A program made the translations under genes and the position numbers. The notes beneath the pieces were generated by a model. The model had not been told where the DNA came from, did not search any database, and was given only the letters and a program-made list of their open reading frames with translations. DNA of 62,669 nucleotides, counting the filler, from an uncultured bacterium (GTDB taxonomy: Bacteria > Hinthialibacterota > Hinthialibacteria > Hinthialibacterales > Hinthialibacteraceae): the NCBI GenBank assembly GCA_964449065.1. It is 16 parts of 16 records of this genome, joined end to end, with 100 filler letters (N's around TTAATTAATTAA, not from the genome) between each part and the next. Parts side by side here need not be neighbours in the genome. Positions count along the whole stretch, not along the records: positions 27,931 to 31,765 come from CAYVAZ010000426.1; positions 31,866 to 35,693 come from CAYVAZ010000427.1; positions 35,794 to 39,600 come from CAYVAZ010000428.1; positions 39,701 to 43,497 come from CAYVAZ010000429.1; 12 more parts are not named here. One strand, 5' to 3'. This document shows positions 30,475 through 42,005 of the stretch, one piece after another (positions within the stretch are counted from its first letter, which is position 1; each line of letters starts with the position of its first letter).

Positions 30475-31380
30475 ATGATGAATAAAACACTTACAGGAGC
30501 ATTGATTGCTTTCGCTATCGGTTTGGCTGTTGCCGGCGGGATGATTTACCTTGGCAAATCGCGATCAAAAATCAATTCCGATAGAAATGAAAATTCATCC
30601 TATCAACGTGTCATCTGCGCTGTCCCCAACATCACCGAAATCGCATTCGCGCTGGGGCAGGGAGACCGGGTAGTCGGTGTCAGCGATTTTGTCACCTACC
30701 CCCCGGAAGCATTGGGAAAAGAAAAAATCGGCGGCTATATCGATCCCAACATGGAACGCATTATCGCCCTGCTGCCCGACCTTATTATCGTCATCGGAAT
30801 GAACAGCAAACTCATATCGCTTTGCGAAGAAAAAGGCATCGAACTCCTGCATGTCGAAATCGAAGACATTGCCACTCTTTATGAAGGGATCCAAACCATA
30901 GCTGCCAAGTTGGATTGCGAACCAAAAGGCAGCCAACTGATCGCGGAAATGAAAACCGGATTGAAGAACGTTCAACAGAAAGCCGAAAAAGCCGGCCAAC
31001 AACCGGATGTATTCTTGTGTATCAGCCGCATGGAAGGCGAACTCACTGATATGTTCACCGTCACCAACAAAGCCTTTTTAGGAGAACTCGTTCAATTGGC
31101 TGGCGGCAACAACATCTTCGGGGATTTGAATGACCGCTATCCCCAAATCTCGAAAGAATCGCTGATGAAACGCGAGCCCGATGTGATTATTGAAACGCGG
31201 CCGGAAGACATCAACCAAACCCGCTCCATCGAGGATATCAAAAACGACTGGAAGGGATTGCATTCCATGCCCGCTTCGCCCCGCGTTCATGTAGTGACCG
31301 ATGATTACATAAAGATTGCCGGCCCGCGAATTGTACAATCCGCCCAACGCTTGTATGATTTGATCCATCATCATGAATGA
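30475..31380 (+). CDS. Helical-backbone metal receptor (BtuF/Fe-siderophore-binding)
   Basis: RVICAVPNITEI, PNMERIIALLPD, AGGNNIF, GPRI motifs. Confidence 0.88.
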   Translation: MMNKTLTGALIAFAIGLAVAGGMIYLGKSRSKINSDRNENSSYQRVICAVPNITEIAFALGQGDRVVGVSDFVTYPPEALGKEKIGGYIDPNMERIIALLPDLIIVIGMNSKLISLCEEKGIELLHVEIEDIATLYEGIQTIAAKLDCEPKGSQLIAEMKTGLKNVQQKAEKAGQQPDVFLCISRMEGELTDMFTVTNKAFLGELVQLAGGNNIFGDLNDRYPQISKESLMKREPDVIIETRPEDINQTRSIEDIKNDWKGLHSMPASPRVHVVTDDYIKIAGPRIVQSAQRLYDLIHHHE

Positions 31381-31765
31381 ACCGCAATCCATACAACTTG
31401 AAATCCACAATCTCGCCTACCAATATCCAGGCTCTGATTGGACGCTGCACGTAGACCGCTTCAAAATTGCGGCAGGCGATTTGAAAGCGGTTATAGGCCC
31501 AAACGGCTCCGGCAAAAGCACATTTCTCAAACTCATGGCGGGTATTATCCGCTCTACAGATGGCGGCCCAATTCTCAACGGCAATCCGATGAAAAAAATG
31601 AAACGCAAGGAAATCGCCAAATCCATCGGCTATTTGCCGCAATACCTGCCCAGCGATTACAACTACCGTGTCAGCGAACTGATTTCGATGGGGCGATACC
31701 CCCACATGAAGGGCAGCAACATGCTGGATCAACACGATTGCAGCGTTATTCAGCACTGCATGGAA
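31373..31765 (+). CDS. ABC transporter ATPase (iron/cobalamin type), 3-prime truncated
   Basis: GPNGSGKST, GYLPQ, MGRYPH. Confidence 0.88.
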
Positions 31766-32435
31766 NNNNNNNNNNNNNNNNNNNNNNNNNNNNNNNNNNN
31801 NNNNNNNNNTTAATTAATTAANNNNNNNNNNNNNNNNNNNNNNNNNNNNNNNNNNNNNNNNNNNNCGAAACCGTAAATTCATCATTTTTTTCTCCTAAGA
31901 TTTGGTGTTTTTGTTTTTTTTCGAACTTTCTTTTACATCTTGCGTGTTACAAATCTTGACGGTTCAAAAACACCAGGGCGGAGAACGGCTGCGTTGTTGT
32001 TGGTGAATAATCCGTTGACTATTCCCAACAAATCTACACCGTAATTAGTTATAGAGGGTTCTTACATAAGAACCTTCTTTCGGGCGGGTACACATCGGGT
32101 CGGCAAACCTTTTGAGATGTGTACTCTTTTATTTTGTAAACTTTTGTTGCTGTGTTACGTTTTGTTTCAAAAAAAACGTATATATGATTACGTATCAATA
32201 AAGACGTTATCACAACTCAAGTATAATTTCAACAGGTTTTTGTATAAATTTCGTTATGAAATAACTCATATTTAAACATATTACTCATAAATAGAAACAA
32301 ATCAGTATATTGTTTTAATTCGACTGAAACAAAATTGTTTTCACTTGAAACGGTTGAAGAATCCCGGTAAGGGTTGATCAATGCAAGAGATCACATAAAT
32401 ATAAACATACATATCTCTTATATTGGAAAATAACC

Positions 32436-33452
32436 ATGACAAAACTCCGTTTTGGAATCACCGGCAGCGGCATGATCGCCGAAGTCATCACCAAAGCCAT
32501 TCAGGCAAGCGAAAGCGCGGCCGTCACCGCGGTATGCAGCCGTCTCGAAGAAAACGCCAAAGCCTTCGCCAAAGCACACAACATCGATCATCCATTCGCA
32601 TCGTGGAATGAAATGGTACGCAGCGGTGAAATCGATGCCGTCTATATCGCCTGCCCCACCATTTTCGAAGAAGAAATCGCCCTAGCCGCCGCCGAAGCCA
32701 AAAAGCATCTCCTGGCGGATAAACCCTTTTTAAGCGCGGCATCGGTCGAAAAGATGATCCAGGCAGCCAAATCAAACGGCGTGTTGTTTATGGATGCCAC
32801 CCATTTCTCTCATCACCCCCGCACGCATCACATCAAAGAGAACATGTTAAGCGCCATCGGCGAACCGCAGACCATCGTATCCAGCTTCTTCTTCCCCTTT
32901 GATGACACCTCCAACATCCGTTTCAATCCCGAAAAAGAACCCATGACCGTTGTGGGCGATATGGCATGGTACTGCATGAGAGCGGTGACCGAATACATGC
33001 CCAAAGCCGAGACCGTCAAAACCGTATCGGGCTTTGCGCAGAAGTTGGAAGGGACCCACGCCTTCATTCGCGGATCGGGATTCATCGAATTCAATGACGG
33101 ATTAACCACAACCTTCAACTATGGCTACAACATCGGGGCCTGCTTGATGGATTTGGATATCCACGGCCACACCGGCTCACTCTATCTGGATGATTATGTC
33201 CTCGATTGGCAGTCCAGTTTTCCGTTTGACAACCCTAACCACCAAGTCGGCTTCACCAAGAAAAGCGAAATGAACAAACCGGATGACTGCCCCTACATCT
33301 ATATCCCGAATCAAATCCCCCAGCACCAGCGCATGATCGACCGCTTCGCCGAACTCGCGCAAAACCCATCCAGCCCGGAAGCGCAGGTGTGCATGGCAAT
33401 TGCATTAAAAACGCAGCAATTCTTGGACGCAGTGTGGGAGTCGGTGAAGTGA
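32436..33452 (+). CDS. Gfo/Idh/MocA oxidoreductase
   Basis: GITGSGMIA, IDAVYIACP, KHLLADKP. Confidence 0.9.
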   Translation: MTKLRFGITGSGMIAEVITKAIQASESAAVTAVCSRLEENAKAFAKAHNIDHPFASWNEMVRSGEIDAVYIACPTIFEEEIALAAAEAKKHLLADKPFLSAASVEKMIQAAKSNGVLFMDATHFSHHPRTHHIKENMLSAIGEPQTIVSSFFFPFDDTSNIRFNPEKEPMTVVGDMAWYCMRAVTEYMPKAETVKTVSGFAQKLEGTHAFIRGSGFIEFNDGLTTTFNYGYNIGACLMDLDIHGHTGSLYLDDYVLDWQSSFPFDNPNHQVGFTKKSEMNKPDDCPYIYIPNQIPQHQRMIDRFAELAQNPSSPEAQVCMAIALKTQQFLDAVWESVK

Positions 33453-33481
33453 ATACGAATGCTTCTGAATTTCAACATGCA

Positions 33482-33826
33482 TCATACCGCGACACCTTCA
33501 CGGTCAATCACTTTAAAAAATGCCGAATCTTCCGTAACGCTTTGTTCCCGTTCCTCTTTGGTATAGATTTGAATAGAAGGGACTACATCATTTCCGATTG
33601 ATAGATCATACCCCAAATAACGCATTTCCTTTTTGGTTTGCTTATTGCCTTGGTCGATGATCAATAACAAATCAAGATCAGAATACTGTTTTGCATCCCC
33701 TCTCGCTTTCGAGCCAAAGAGAACCATTTCGTCAACCAAACCGGGGAAGCACTCGTCTAAAGACCGCTTATAATCCTCCAGCCATTTTTGTTCATCTGGA
33801 TGCAATGCAATCGTGGCTTCATTCAT
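33482..33826 (-). CDS. Minimal nucleotidyltransferase (MNT)
   Basis: LFGSKARGD...SDLDLL; IDREG. Confidence 0.9.
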   Translation of the reverse strand: MNEATIALHPDEQKWLEDYKRSLDECFPGLVDEMVLFGSKARGDAKQYSDLDLLLIIDQGNKQTKKEMRYLGYDLSIGNDVVPSIQIYTKEEREQSVTEDSAFFKVIDREGVAV

Positions 33827-33973
33827 TTCATCACCTTAAGATTGAGAAACATAAAAATTGCGAAAATATGATTACTCCAAATGTTATAAATCCATTTTAG
33901 CATATTCAATGAGTACATACCAAAATTCAATCTAATACAACATCCTCTTCCTCAAATCAATTCGTAAATCGTT

Positions 33974-34387
33974 TTATTTTGGTGGATAGCGCTTTAATTC
34001 AATCAATAATCGCCGTTCTAAAATACGATCTATGTGATTGAAATGCAATATCCTTGCTGTCACTTCTCCTATTGAGTCAAGAGGTTCGATAAGAGAATCA
34101 ACTAAACGAAAATGTTGATTCCAATTATCCGTTCTCGGATTATAAAATCGTATAAATTCACTGGTTTCAACATGAATAGAGCCTATATCACTGCCCTTAT
34201 GACGATTACAGAAGAAACAACTGTAAGCCAAGTTGTTCAGTTCATTTGAACCGCCATGTTTAAGACTGATTATATGATCGATTTCACATCCGAAATATGT
34301 ATCATCCTCATGAATAAGGCAATATTCACATTGAAAATTTGCTCGGACAGATATTTGATTTCGTAAGGTTGCATTGATCTCAGGCAT
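33974..34387 (-). CDS. HNH endonuclease
   Basis: CEYC, IDHIISLKHGG, NLAYSC..CNRHKG, FYNPR. Confidence 0.9.
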   Translation of the reverse strand: MPEINATLRNQISVRANFQCEYCLIHEDDTYFGCEIDHIISLKHGGSNELNNLAYSCFFCNRHKGSDIGSIHVETSEFIRFYNPRTDNWNQHFRLVDSLIEPLDSIGEVTARILHFNHIDRILERRLLIELKRYPPK

Positions 34388-34613
34388 TTTGCAGGATTTG
34401 GCGGGCGCGTGATTTTGCCATTCTCATAATATGTTCGATTTCCATATAATGATTGAGTTCCGATTGCTCTTCCGGTGTAAGGAATTCTTCTTTTTCTTTT
34501 TGGAGCAATTCAGAGACACGAAATTTCGTCTCGCGTGAAGGCGTAAAATCGCTGATGGTTTGCGGACTGCTGCCTGTCGCGATGAGTTCTATGATTTCTT
34601 CGTATGCTTTCAT
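34380..34613 (-). CDS. Small helical partner of the HNH (antitoxin-like)
   Basis: RVSELLQKEK..LTPEEQSELNHY; GGAG RBS; overlaps the HNH start. Confidence 0.75.
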   Translation of the reverse strand: MKAYEEIIELIATGSSPQTISDFTPSRETKFRVSELLQKEKEEFLTPEEQSELNHYMEIEHIMRMAKSRARQILQNA

Positions 34614-34852
34614 TGAATTTCTCCGTTTTTTATTATTATACCAAATCGATAGCAAATTTTCAATGATGCACTCCAAATACAGATAACTAGATCAAATATT
34701 GTTAATTATTCATAAAAACGCCACCCAACCACATAGCGCAACTTTACAAAATATGATATGTATTAGAATTGTATTAAGAGCGCGTTTCGCTTTTGATTTT
34801 TAATAGCCCCAACGCCCTTTGGATGCGATTACAGCAGTAGGGAGGATTGTTC

Positions 34853-35693
34853 ATGGTCGAAATTGCCAAAAAACGCAATATCGCCGTGGTCGGCCACCAC
34901 GGTTCCGGAAAAACCACACTCATCGAGGCCATATTGTTTCACACAGGAGTTATCAAATCGTTAGGATCCGTAGACACAGGAAATTCCTTCTCTGATTACC
35001 TCGCCGAAGAAATTGATGATAAACACAGTATTTCCACCAAAGTCATGCACTGCAACTACAAGGGTTGCGAAATCGCCCTGCTTGATACCCCCGGCTATTC
35101 CGACTTCGCCGGCGATATCCGCAACGCGGTCCATGCCTCTGACGGTGTTTTACTGGTCATCAACGCGCAATCTGGCGTCGAAGTCGAAACCATCAAAATT
35201 TGGGAATACCTCGAAGAACTCAAAATTCCGCGGTTGATCGTCGTCAACCAGATGGACAAAGAACGGGCTGATTTTGAAGCCTGTATGAACTCACTGGAAG
35301 AAAAACTCGAAGCCAAAATCTGTCCGGTGCGTCTGCCGATGGGGGAAGGAGAAAACTTCTCCGGTGTGATCGATCTCATCACCGAAAAGGTTCTTCGTTT
35401 CGATAAAAAAGGCGGCGTCAGCAAAGAAGAAGACATCCCGCCCGAAGTGCGGGAAGAAGAACAAGACATGCACGACAAAATGGTCGAATCATCCGTCATG
35501 AACGATGAAGCCCTGATGGAACGTTTTCTAGCCGATGAAAAACTGGAGTATGACGAAATTCGCCACGGCCTGCACGATGGCGTGCTTAACGGCGATATTG
35601 TCCCGATTTTCGTGACCGACGCGCATGAATGCATCGGCATTTCCAGCCTGCTGGACGGCTTGGTCAACTACATCCCTGAACCCGAAGAACGCC
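34853..35693 (+). CDS. Elongation factor G-like (EF-G2) GTPase, 3-prime truncated
   Basis: RNIAVVGHHGSGKTT, DTPGYSDF, NQMD; lacks RGITI. Confidence 0.85.
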
Positions 35694-36353
35694 NNNNNNN
35701 NNNNNNNNNNNNNNNNNNNNNNNNNNNNNNNNNNNNNTTAATTAATTAANNNNNNNNNNNNNNNNNNNNNNNNNNNNNNNNNNNNNNNNNNNNGAGTGAT
35801 AAGTCCAACGAATTCAAGAAATTCTACGATTGACCGCTCTCACCCTTTGGTGATTATTTTTCAACTGCTCCGCATTTCATAATTATATTATATTCAAATA
35901 GTTATGGCATACTTTTCAATATCAACTGCTTTTTTTAGGTTGATGTAAACATGATCTGTAGGGAGAGTGGCCAACCTGGAGAAGAAGAAAGAAAAAGTCC
36001 AGTCGGTATATTGATAAAGCGCACCATAGCGCTAACCTGTTATATACATAACATCATCCCCCTCCTTTAAATACCCCTTTAAATACGCTGGAAATAATGT
36101 GAATAATATAGTATGATGATGATATATGGTATCAATTTAATTTTGTATGATGCGAATTCTCCCTTCAAGACTAGGGAGGATTGGGGTGGGATTGACCGTT
36201 CGATCATCACCCCCCCCTCTAACTTCCCCCAATCTTGGGGGGAGAATATTGAGGCCTTCGAAAGATATATTAGCCGCGCATCAAACATTATTTTTTTGAA
36301 AAGGTATTAGTCAATTATGCAGGCGGAGCAGGTTTCTGCACGACCAATATAAT

Positions 36354-39300
36354 ATGGGGAGAAAGCGTATGAAGAGGTTTGTATTTCGAATCTTTTCCTT
36401 TTTGCTAGCAAGCGGATTTTTTGTTAGCGCTGCGAAAGCGGAAGCACCGGGTTCCGGTATTTTAATCTTTGAGAACTCCATCCAACCGGTTTTCGCGGAG
36501 AATTGTTTTTCTTGTCACGGGACACAACAACAAACGTTAGGCTTGCGTCTGGACAAAAAAGCAGGCGTGATGAATGGGGGGCTTTCCGGCCCGGCGGTGA
36601 TACCCGGGGACAGTAAAAACAGTCTGTTGTTTCAGATGATCAGTGGAGCGCATGAAACCCTAATGCCCCCCGAAGGCGGCCCATTGCCGGAAGATCAAAT
36701 CAATCTCATCAAAACATGGATTGACCAAGGCGCTCATTTCGAAGCGGATACGGGTGATGAAGACATCATCAACGTGCGCGAGCATTGGGCCTATCAGCCG
36801 GTACAGCATCCAAAAATCCCCACCGTTAAAAACACAGAATGGGTCCAAAACCCCATTGACGCGTTTGTATTGAAGAAATTGGAAGACGAAGGGGTATCCC
36901 CCTCTCCACGCGCGTCAAAAGAACTGCTGATCCGCCGCTTGTATTTGGATATCACCGGTTTGCTGCCTTCTCCGCAAGAAGTGGCCGCGTTTGTAAACAG
37001 TGATGATCCCGACGCGTATGAACAGTTGGTAGACCGGTTGCTGGCATCCCAGCATTACGGTGAACGCTGGGGACGGCACTGGCTCGATTTAGCCCGTTAC
37101 GCCGACAGCGACGGCTATGAAAAAGACCGCATTCGCCCCTATGCCTGGCGTTACCGCGATTGGGTGATTGATGCCTTCAACAATGATATGCCCTTTGACC
37201 GCTTTACCGTTGAACAAATCGCCGGTGATTTGTTGCCTGATCCATCTATCGATCAATTAACCGCAACCGGGTTCCACCGCATGACGCTGACCAACACGGA
37301 GGGCGGTGTCGATCAGGAAGAGTTCCGTATTAAGGCGGTGAAAGACCGTGTCAATACCACCAGCACCGTGTGGTTGGGCTTAACCATGGCCTGCGCGGAA
37401 TGCCATACACACAAATATGACCCGATCACCCATAAAGAATATTATCAGTTCTACTCATTCTTCAACACGGCGGAAGAAAAAGACATCAAAGCTCCCTTCC
37501 CGGATGAGTTGGCACGCTATGAAACTCAAAAAGAGAAGTTCGACAAAGTTCACAACACGCTTCAAGCAAGTGTGGAAGCCTACCGCCAGGTGCAGCTTAA
37601 AGAGAAATTCGAAGAGTGGCTGCGCAACAAAAAGAGCGAAGGCGTAAATTGGAAGCCGCTGAACCCGGTTGATGTCACATCCACCAACGGTACGTCTTTC
37701 GAGATTGATGAAGAAGGCGTCATCAAAGTTGAAGGGAAAGAGCCGGGTGAAGACACCTACTCGATTTTGGTCAACACAAATCTTGATGACTTATCCGCCC
37801 TGCGGCTGGAAGTTTACCCAACCGAAGACGGCAAAGCGGGACCGGGACGCGCCGGACACGGCAATTTTGTTTTGTCCGAATTTCAAGTATTCACGACGCA
37901 ATACAGCAAAGGCGGCGAGTTGTATCAAGTTCCGCTAAAATCGGCGCGGGCGGATCATTCGCAAAACAAATACGATGAATCCAACGCGATCGATGGACGG
38001 TTGGAAACCGGCTGGGCCATTGGCGGGCAGGAACGCATGACTCACTCTGTCATATTTGATCTAACCGATACCGTTCAACTCTCCGGCGATGTTACTTTAA
38101 AAATCCAAATCGATCAAAACTATGGCAACAAGCATACCATCGGGCGCTTTCGCCTGTTTGCCACCAATGATAAAAATCCAGGATTCGACGGACTGCCGTA
38201 TGAACTCTCATCCGCTTTGAATAAACCGGAACGAACCGAAGAAGAAACGAACCAATTGATGCGTTTTTACGAGCGTGAAGACCCCGTCTTAATCAGTTTA
38301 AACGAGACCATTGAGACACACAACAAAACCAAGCCGGATTATCCCGGCAGTTTCATCATGGGATTTACGCAACCGGAAGAGTCCCGGAAATCCTTCATGC
38401 ATGTTCGTGGGGACTTTTTGCGCAAAGGCGACCGGGTTGAACCGGGAGTGATACAAATCCTGCATCCCATTCAAACCCCGAAACCAAAACCCAACCGCTT
38501 GGATTTGGCATACTGGCTGGTTTCGCCGGATAACCCGCTAACCTCGCGGGTGGCGGCCAACCGCGTGTGGCAGTATTTGTTCGGCGAAGGGATTGTGCGC
38601 ACGCCAAATGATTTCGGCGTACGCGGCGATAAGCCTACGCATCCCGAACTATTGGATTGGCTGGCGAACCAATACATCCGCCTTGATTGGAGCCGCAAAG
38701 CGCTGATCAAAACCATCGTAATGTCAAACACCTATCAACAGGCGTCTCTAAACCGGGCAGACCTCAAAACCCGTGATCCCCAAAATTACTGGCTGGCACG
38801 GCAAAACCGCTACCGCCTTTCGGGCGAAATCGTTAGGGATATCAGTTTGGATGCCAGCGGATTGCTGTCCGAAAAAATCGGCGGTCCCAGCATCCGCCCT
38901 CCATTGCCATCGGATGTAGCGGCATTGGGATACGCGAATTCCGTGAAATGGAAGAGCAGCGAAGGCGAAGACCGCTACCGCCGCGGCTTGTACATCTTTT
39001 TCCAACGGACCGTTCCCTATCCTATGCTGGTTACCTTTGACGCCCCGGAAGGAACGGTGACCGAGACGGAACGCGAACGCTCCAATACACCCTTGCAGGC
39101 GCTGACGATTTTGAACGATCCCGTCTTCTTTGAATGCGCCCAGCATTTGGGGTTGCGGATTGCCGAATATGAAAGCAATGATCTTAGAGAGAAAATCCGC
39201 TATGGCTATCAACTCGCTTTAAGCCGCGCTCCCAGTGACCGCGAGGTAACCATCCTGGCAAACGCCTATCAAACATTCTTTGATCAGTTTAAAGAAGATC

Positions 39301-39425
39301 GTTCCCGCGCGGAAAAAGTAACAAAGGGATTGGATGTTGATGACGAAAATGTAAGCGATATTGCAGCGTATATTTCATTAGGCAGAACGTTGATAAATGT
39401 GGAAGAGTTTTTTACACGACAGTGA
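36354..39425 (+). CDS. Planctomycete cytochrome c / PSD1 (DUF1549 + DUF1553) protein
   Basis: CFSCH and CAECH haem motifs; YGERWGRHWLDLARYADS; THPELLDWLA; NTPLQAL. Confidence 0.93.
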   Translation: MGRKRMKRFVFRIFSFLLASGFFVSAAKAEAPGSGILIFENSIQPVFAENCFSCHGTQQQTLGLRLDKKAGVMNGGLSGPAVIPGDSKNSLLFQMISGAHETLMPPEGGPLPEDQINLIKTWIDQGAHFEADTGDEDIINVREHWAYQPVQHPKIPTVKNTEWVQNPIDAFVLKKLEDEGVSPSPRASKELLIRRLYLDITGLLPSPQEVAAFVNSDDPDAYEQLVDRLLASQHYGERWGRHWLDLARYADSDGYEKDRIRPYAWRYRDWVIDAFNNDMPFDRFTVEQIAGDLLPDPSIDQLTATGFHRMTLTNTEGGVDQEEFRIKAVKDRVNTTSTVWLGLTMACAECHTHKYDPITHKEYYQFYSFFNTAEEKDIKAPFPDELARYETQKEKFDKVHNTLQASVEAYRQVQLKEKFEEWLRNKKSEGVNWKPLNPVDVTSTNGTSFEIDEEGVIKVEGKEPGEDTYSILVNTNLDDLSALRLEVYPTEDGKAGPGRAGHGNFVLSEFQVFTTQYSKGGELYQVPLKSARADHSQNKYDESNAIDGRLETGWAIGGQERMTHSVIFDLTDTVQLSGDVTLKIQIDQNYGNKHTIGRFRLFATNDKNPGFDGLPYELSSALNKPERTEEETNQLMRFYEREDPVLISLNETIETHNKTKPDYPGSFIMGFTQPEESRKSFMHVRGDFLRKGDRVEPGVIQILHPIQTPKPKPNRLDLAYWLVSPDNPLTSRVAANRVWQYLFGEGIVRTPNDFGVRGDKPTHPELLDWLANQYIRLDWSRKALIKTIVMSNTYQQASLNRADLKTRDPQNYWLARQNRYRLSGEIVRDISLDASGLLSEKIGGPSIRPPLPSDVAALGYANSVKWKSSEGEDRYRRGLYIFFQRTVPYPMLVTFDAPEGTVTETERERSNTPLQALTILNDPVFFECAQHLGLRIAEYESNDLREKIRYGYQLALSRAPSDREVTILANAYQTFFDQFKEDRSRAEKVTKGLDVDDENVSDIAAYISLGRTLINVEEFFTRQ

Positions 39426-39908
39426 TGAGTGATGAGTGATGAATCACGACGAATTGGAATAAAAGTAGTATTAATAACTGATGTTACGCAATCGGTGATA
39501 GACGATTGCTTGAAAAATGGTTTTTGTTGTGAGCCAACTATTCTTAGTCAAACGCAGTGTTTATCGTCTTCTCCCTTTGGGAGAAGATAAGAGATGAGGG
39601 NNNNNNNNNNNNNNNNNNNNNNNNNNNNNNNNNNNNNNNNNNNNTTAATTAATTAANNNNNNNNNNNNNNNNNNNNNNNNNNNNNNNNNNNNNNNNNNNN
39701 TCGCGAAAATCGGTGTTCAAGCAATAGACAATCATGGATTGCGTAACATCAGTTACTAATTTCAACGCCCCAATGCTCCCCGCGATATTTGCTGAAGTCA
39801 TTTGGTAAATGATGATGTGATGTAGTTCCTTACCGCCATTGATCTTCTCACTTTCATTTCCCTTCTCCGCGTATACGATATTACAACCTTATTTCGAGGG
39901 AGAATTTT

Positions 39909-41060
39909 ATGCCATCTTATGATATAAAAGCGGCCGTGGCCGGGACGGGTTTAATCGGGCCGATTCATATTGAAGCGCTGCGGCGGTTGGGGATTACCGT
40001 CGTTGGGGTATTGGGTTCAACTCCGGAAAAGTCGGAGCAGGCGCGGCAGCGGTTTGGGCTTTCCAAAGCCTACCAAAATTATGATGATTTCGTAGCGGAT
40101 GATGATGTGGATGTGGTGCATATCTGCACGCCCAATGTGCATCACTTTGATATGGTGTGCAAAGCGCTGGAGGCGGGAAAGCATGTGTTGTGCGAGAAGC
40201 CGCTGGCGATGAACGCGAGAGAAACCGATCAGTTGGTATCGCTGGCAGATTCAAAACAACTTGCTGCCGGCGTTTGTTATAACGTGCGCTTTTATCCGTT
40301 GAATTTGGATGCGCGCGAGAAAATTCGAAACGCGGAAGTCGGTGAGATTTTTCATATCAACGGCAGCTACGCGCAGGATTGGCTGTTTCATCCGACCGAT
40401 TACAACTGGCGGGTGCTGTCCGAACACAGCGGCAAATTGCGGGTGGTGGCGGATACCGGAACGCACTGGATGGACCTGATTTGCAGCATGACCGGACTGC
40501 GCATTCAAGCGGTGTTTGCCGATATCAAAACCTTCCATCCCGTGAGAAAGCGTCCCAAAGGTGAGGTGGAAACCTTCAGCAGCAAGATTCAATCCAGGGA
40601 CGATCTTGAGCCAGTGAAGGTGGATACAGAAGACTACGGCAATATCCTGTTTCGTTTTTCGAACGGGGCGCTGGGCAGTTTGTATGTTTCGCAAATCACC
40701 GCCGGGCGCAAAAATTGCATTCGTTATGAAATCACCGGTTCCAAATGCACGGTGGCTTGGAACAGCGAATCGCCCAATGATTTATGGATCGGACACCGTG
40801 ACCAGCCCAATAAATCCGTCATTCGTGACCCGGCGCTATTGGCGGAACCGGCCTGCCATTTCGCGGATTATCCCGGCGGGCACAATGAGGGCTATCCCGA
40901 CACGTTTAAGCAGTTGTTCCGGGCGTATTATGAGTATATTCACGCGGGGGATTTTTCCGCCGAACCTCTCTTCCCCACCTTTGCCGATGGCCATGAAGAG
41001 GTCAAAATTTGTGACGCGATCCTGGAAAGTTACGAGAAACAAGCTTGGGTCGAGATATAG
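39909..41060 (+). CDS. Gfo/Idh/MocA oxidoreductase
   Basis: GTGLIG, HICTPN, GKHVLCEKP, DTGTHWMD. Confidence 0.92.
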   Translation: MPSYDIKAAVAGTGLIGPIHIEALRRLGITVVGVLGSTPEKSEQARQRFGLSKAYQNYDDFVADDDVDVVHICTPNVHHFDMVCKALEAGKHVLCEKPLAMNARETDQLVSLADSKQLAAGVCYNVRFYPLNLDAREKIRNAEVGEIFHINGSYAQDWLFHPTDYNWRVLSEHSGKLRVVADTGTHWMDLICSMTGLRIQAVFADIKTFHPVRKRPKGEVETFSSKIQSRDDLEPVKVDTEDYGNILFRFSNGALGSLYVSQITAGRKNCIRYEITGSKCTVAWNSESPNDLWIGHRDQPNKSVIRDPALLAEPACHFADYPGGHNEGYPDTFKQLFRAYYEYIHAGDFSAEPLFPTFADGHEEVKICDAILESYEKQAWVEI

Positions 41061-41069
41061 GAGACCATT

Positions 41070-41996
41070 ATGAAACTTGGATTTGTCAGCGCGATATTGC
41101 CGGACCTTACGTTGGAAGAAGTCTTTCAAATCGCCAAAAATGAGGGCTATGATTGTGTGGAAGTCTGCTGCTGGCCGAAAGGCAATGCCGAACGGCGGTA
41201 CGCGGGTATCACCCATATCGATGTCGCCGGGTTTGACGGCACGCACGCTAAAGTTGTCCATGATCTGGCGAAGAAGTATGAGATTGAAATCAGCGCGCTG
41301 GCCTATTACCCCAATCCCCTCACACCGGATGAAGACGAATCGAATGCCTATTGCGAGCATATCATGAAAGTGATCGATGCCGCATCCATCTTGGGCGTCA
41401 ATCAGATGAACAGCTTTGTGGGGCGCGACTGGACTAAATCAGTCGATGACAATTGGGAGCGGTTCTTGGCCAAGTGGAAACCGATCATCCAACATGCCGA
41501 ACAACAAAACGTGAAAGTGGGAATCGAAAACTGTCCGATGACATTCACCAAAGACGAATGGCCGGGCGGCAAGAACCTGGCCTTCAGCCCCAGCATCTGG
41601 CGGCGGATGTATCAAGACATCCCCAGCAAAAACTTTGGGTTGAATTACGATCCATCGCATTTGGTATGGATGCACATGGATTATTTAAAACCGATGCAGG
41701 AATTTATTGACCGTATCTTTCATGTTCATGCCAAAGACGTTCGCATCGATCATGACCGGTTGAACGATGTGGGGATTTTGGCGCATCCAAACGATTTTCA
41801 TACGCCCAAGCTGCCCGGAATGGGCGAGGTGGATTGGGGGAAATTCTTCTCTGTCTTAACCGATACGGGATACGAGGGGCCGGTGTGCGTGGAAGTGGAA
41901 GACCGGGCGTATGAAGGTTCGCTGGAAAAGCGTGTATTATCCTTGCGGCAAAGCGCTGTGTATCTGCGCCAGTTTTTACCCAAACCCTCAAAGTAA
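41070..41996 (+). CDS. Sugar phosphate isomerase/epimerase (xylose isomerase-like TIM barrel)
   Basis: [29 protein letters not shown]. Confidence 0.9.
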   Translation: MKLGFVSAILPDLTLEEVFQIAKNEGYDCVEVCCWPKGNAERRYAGITHIDVAGFDGTHAKVVHDLAKKYEIEISALAYYPNPLTPDEDESNAYCEHIMKVIDAASILGVNQMNSFVGRDWTKSVDDNWERFLAKWKPIIQHAEQQNVKVGIENCPMTFTKDEWPGGKNLAFSPSIWRRMYQDIPSKNFGLNYDPSHLVWMHMDYLKPMQEFIDRIFHVHAKDVRIDHDRLNDVGILAHPNDFHTPKLPGMGEVDWGKFFSVLTDTGYEGPVCVEVEDRAYEGSLEKRVLSLRQSAVYLRQFLPKPSK

Positions 41997-42005
41997 GGAA
42001 GCAAA

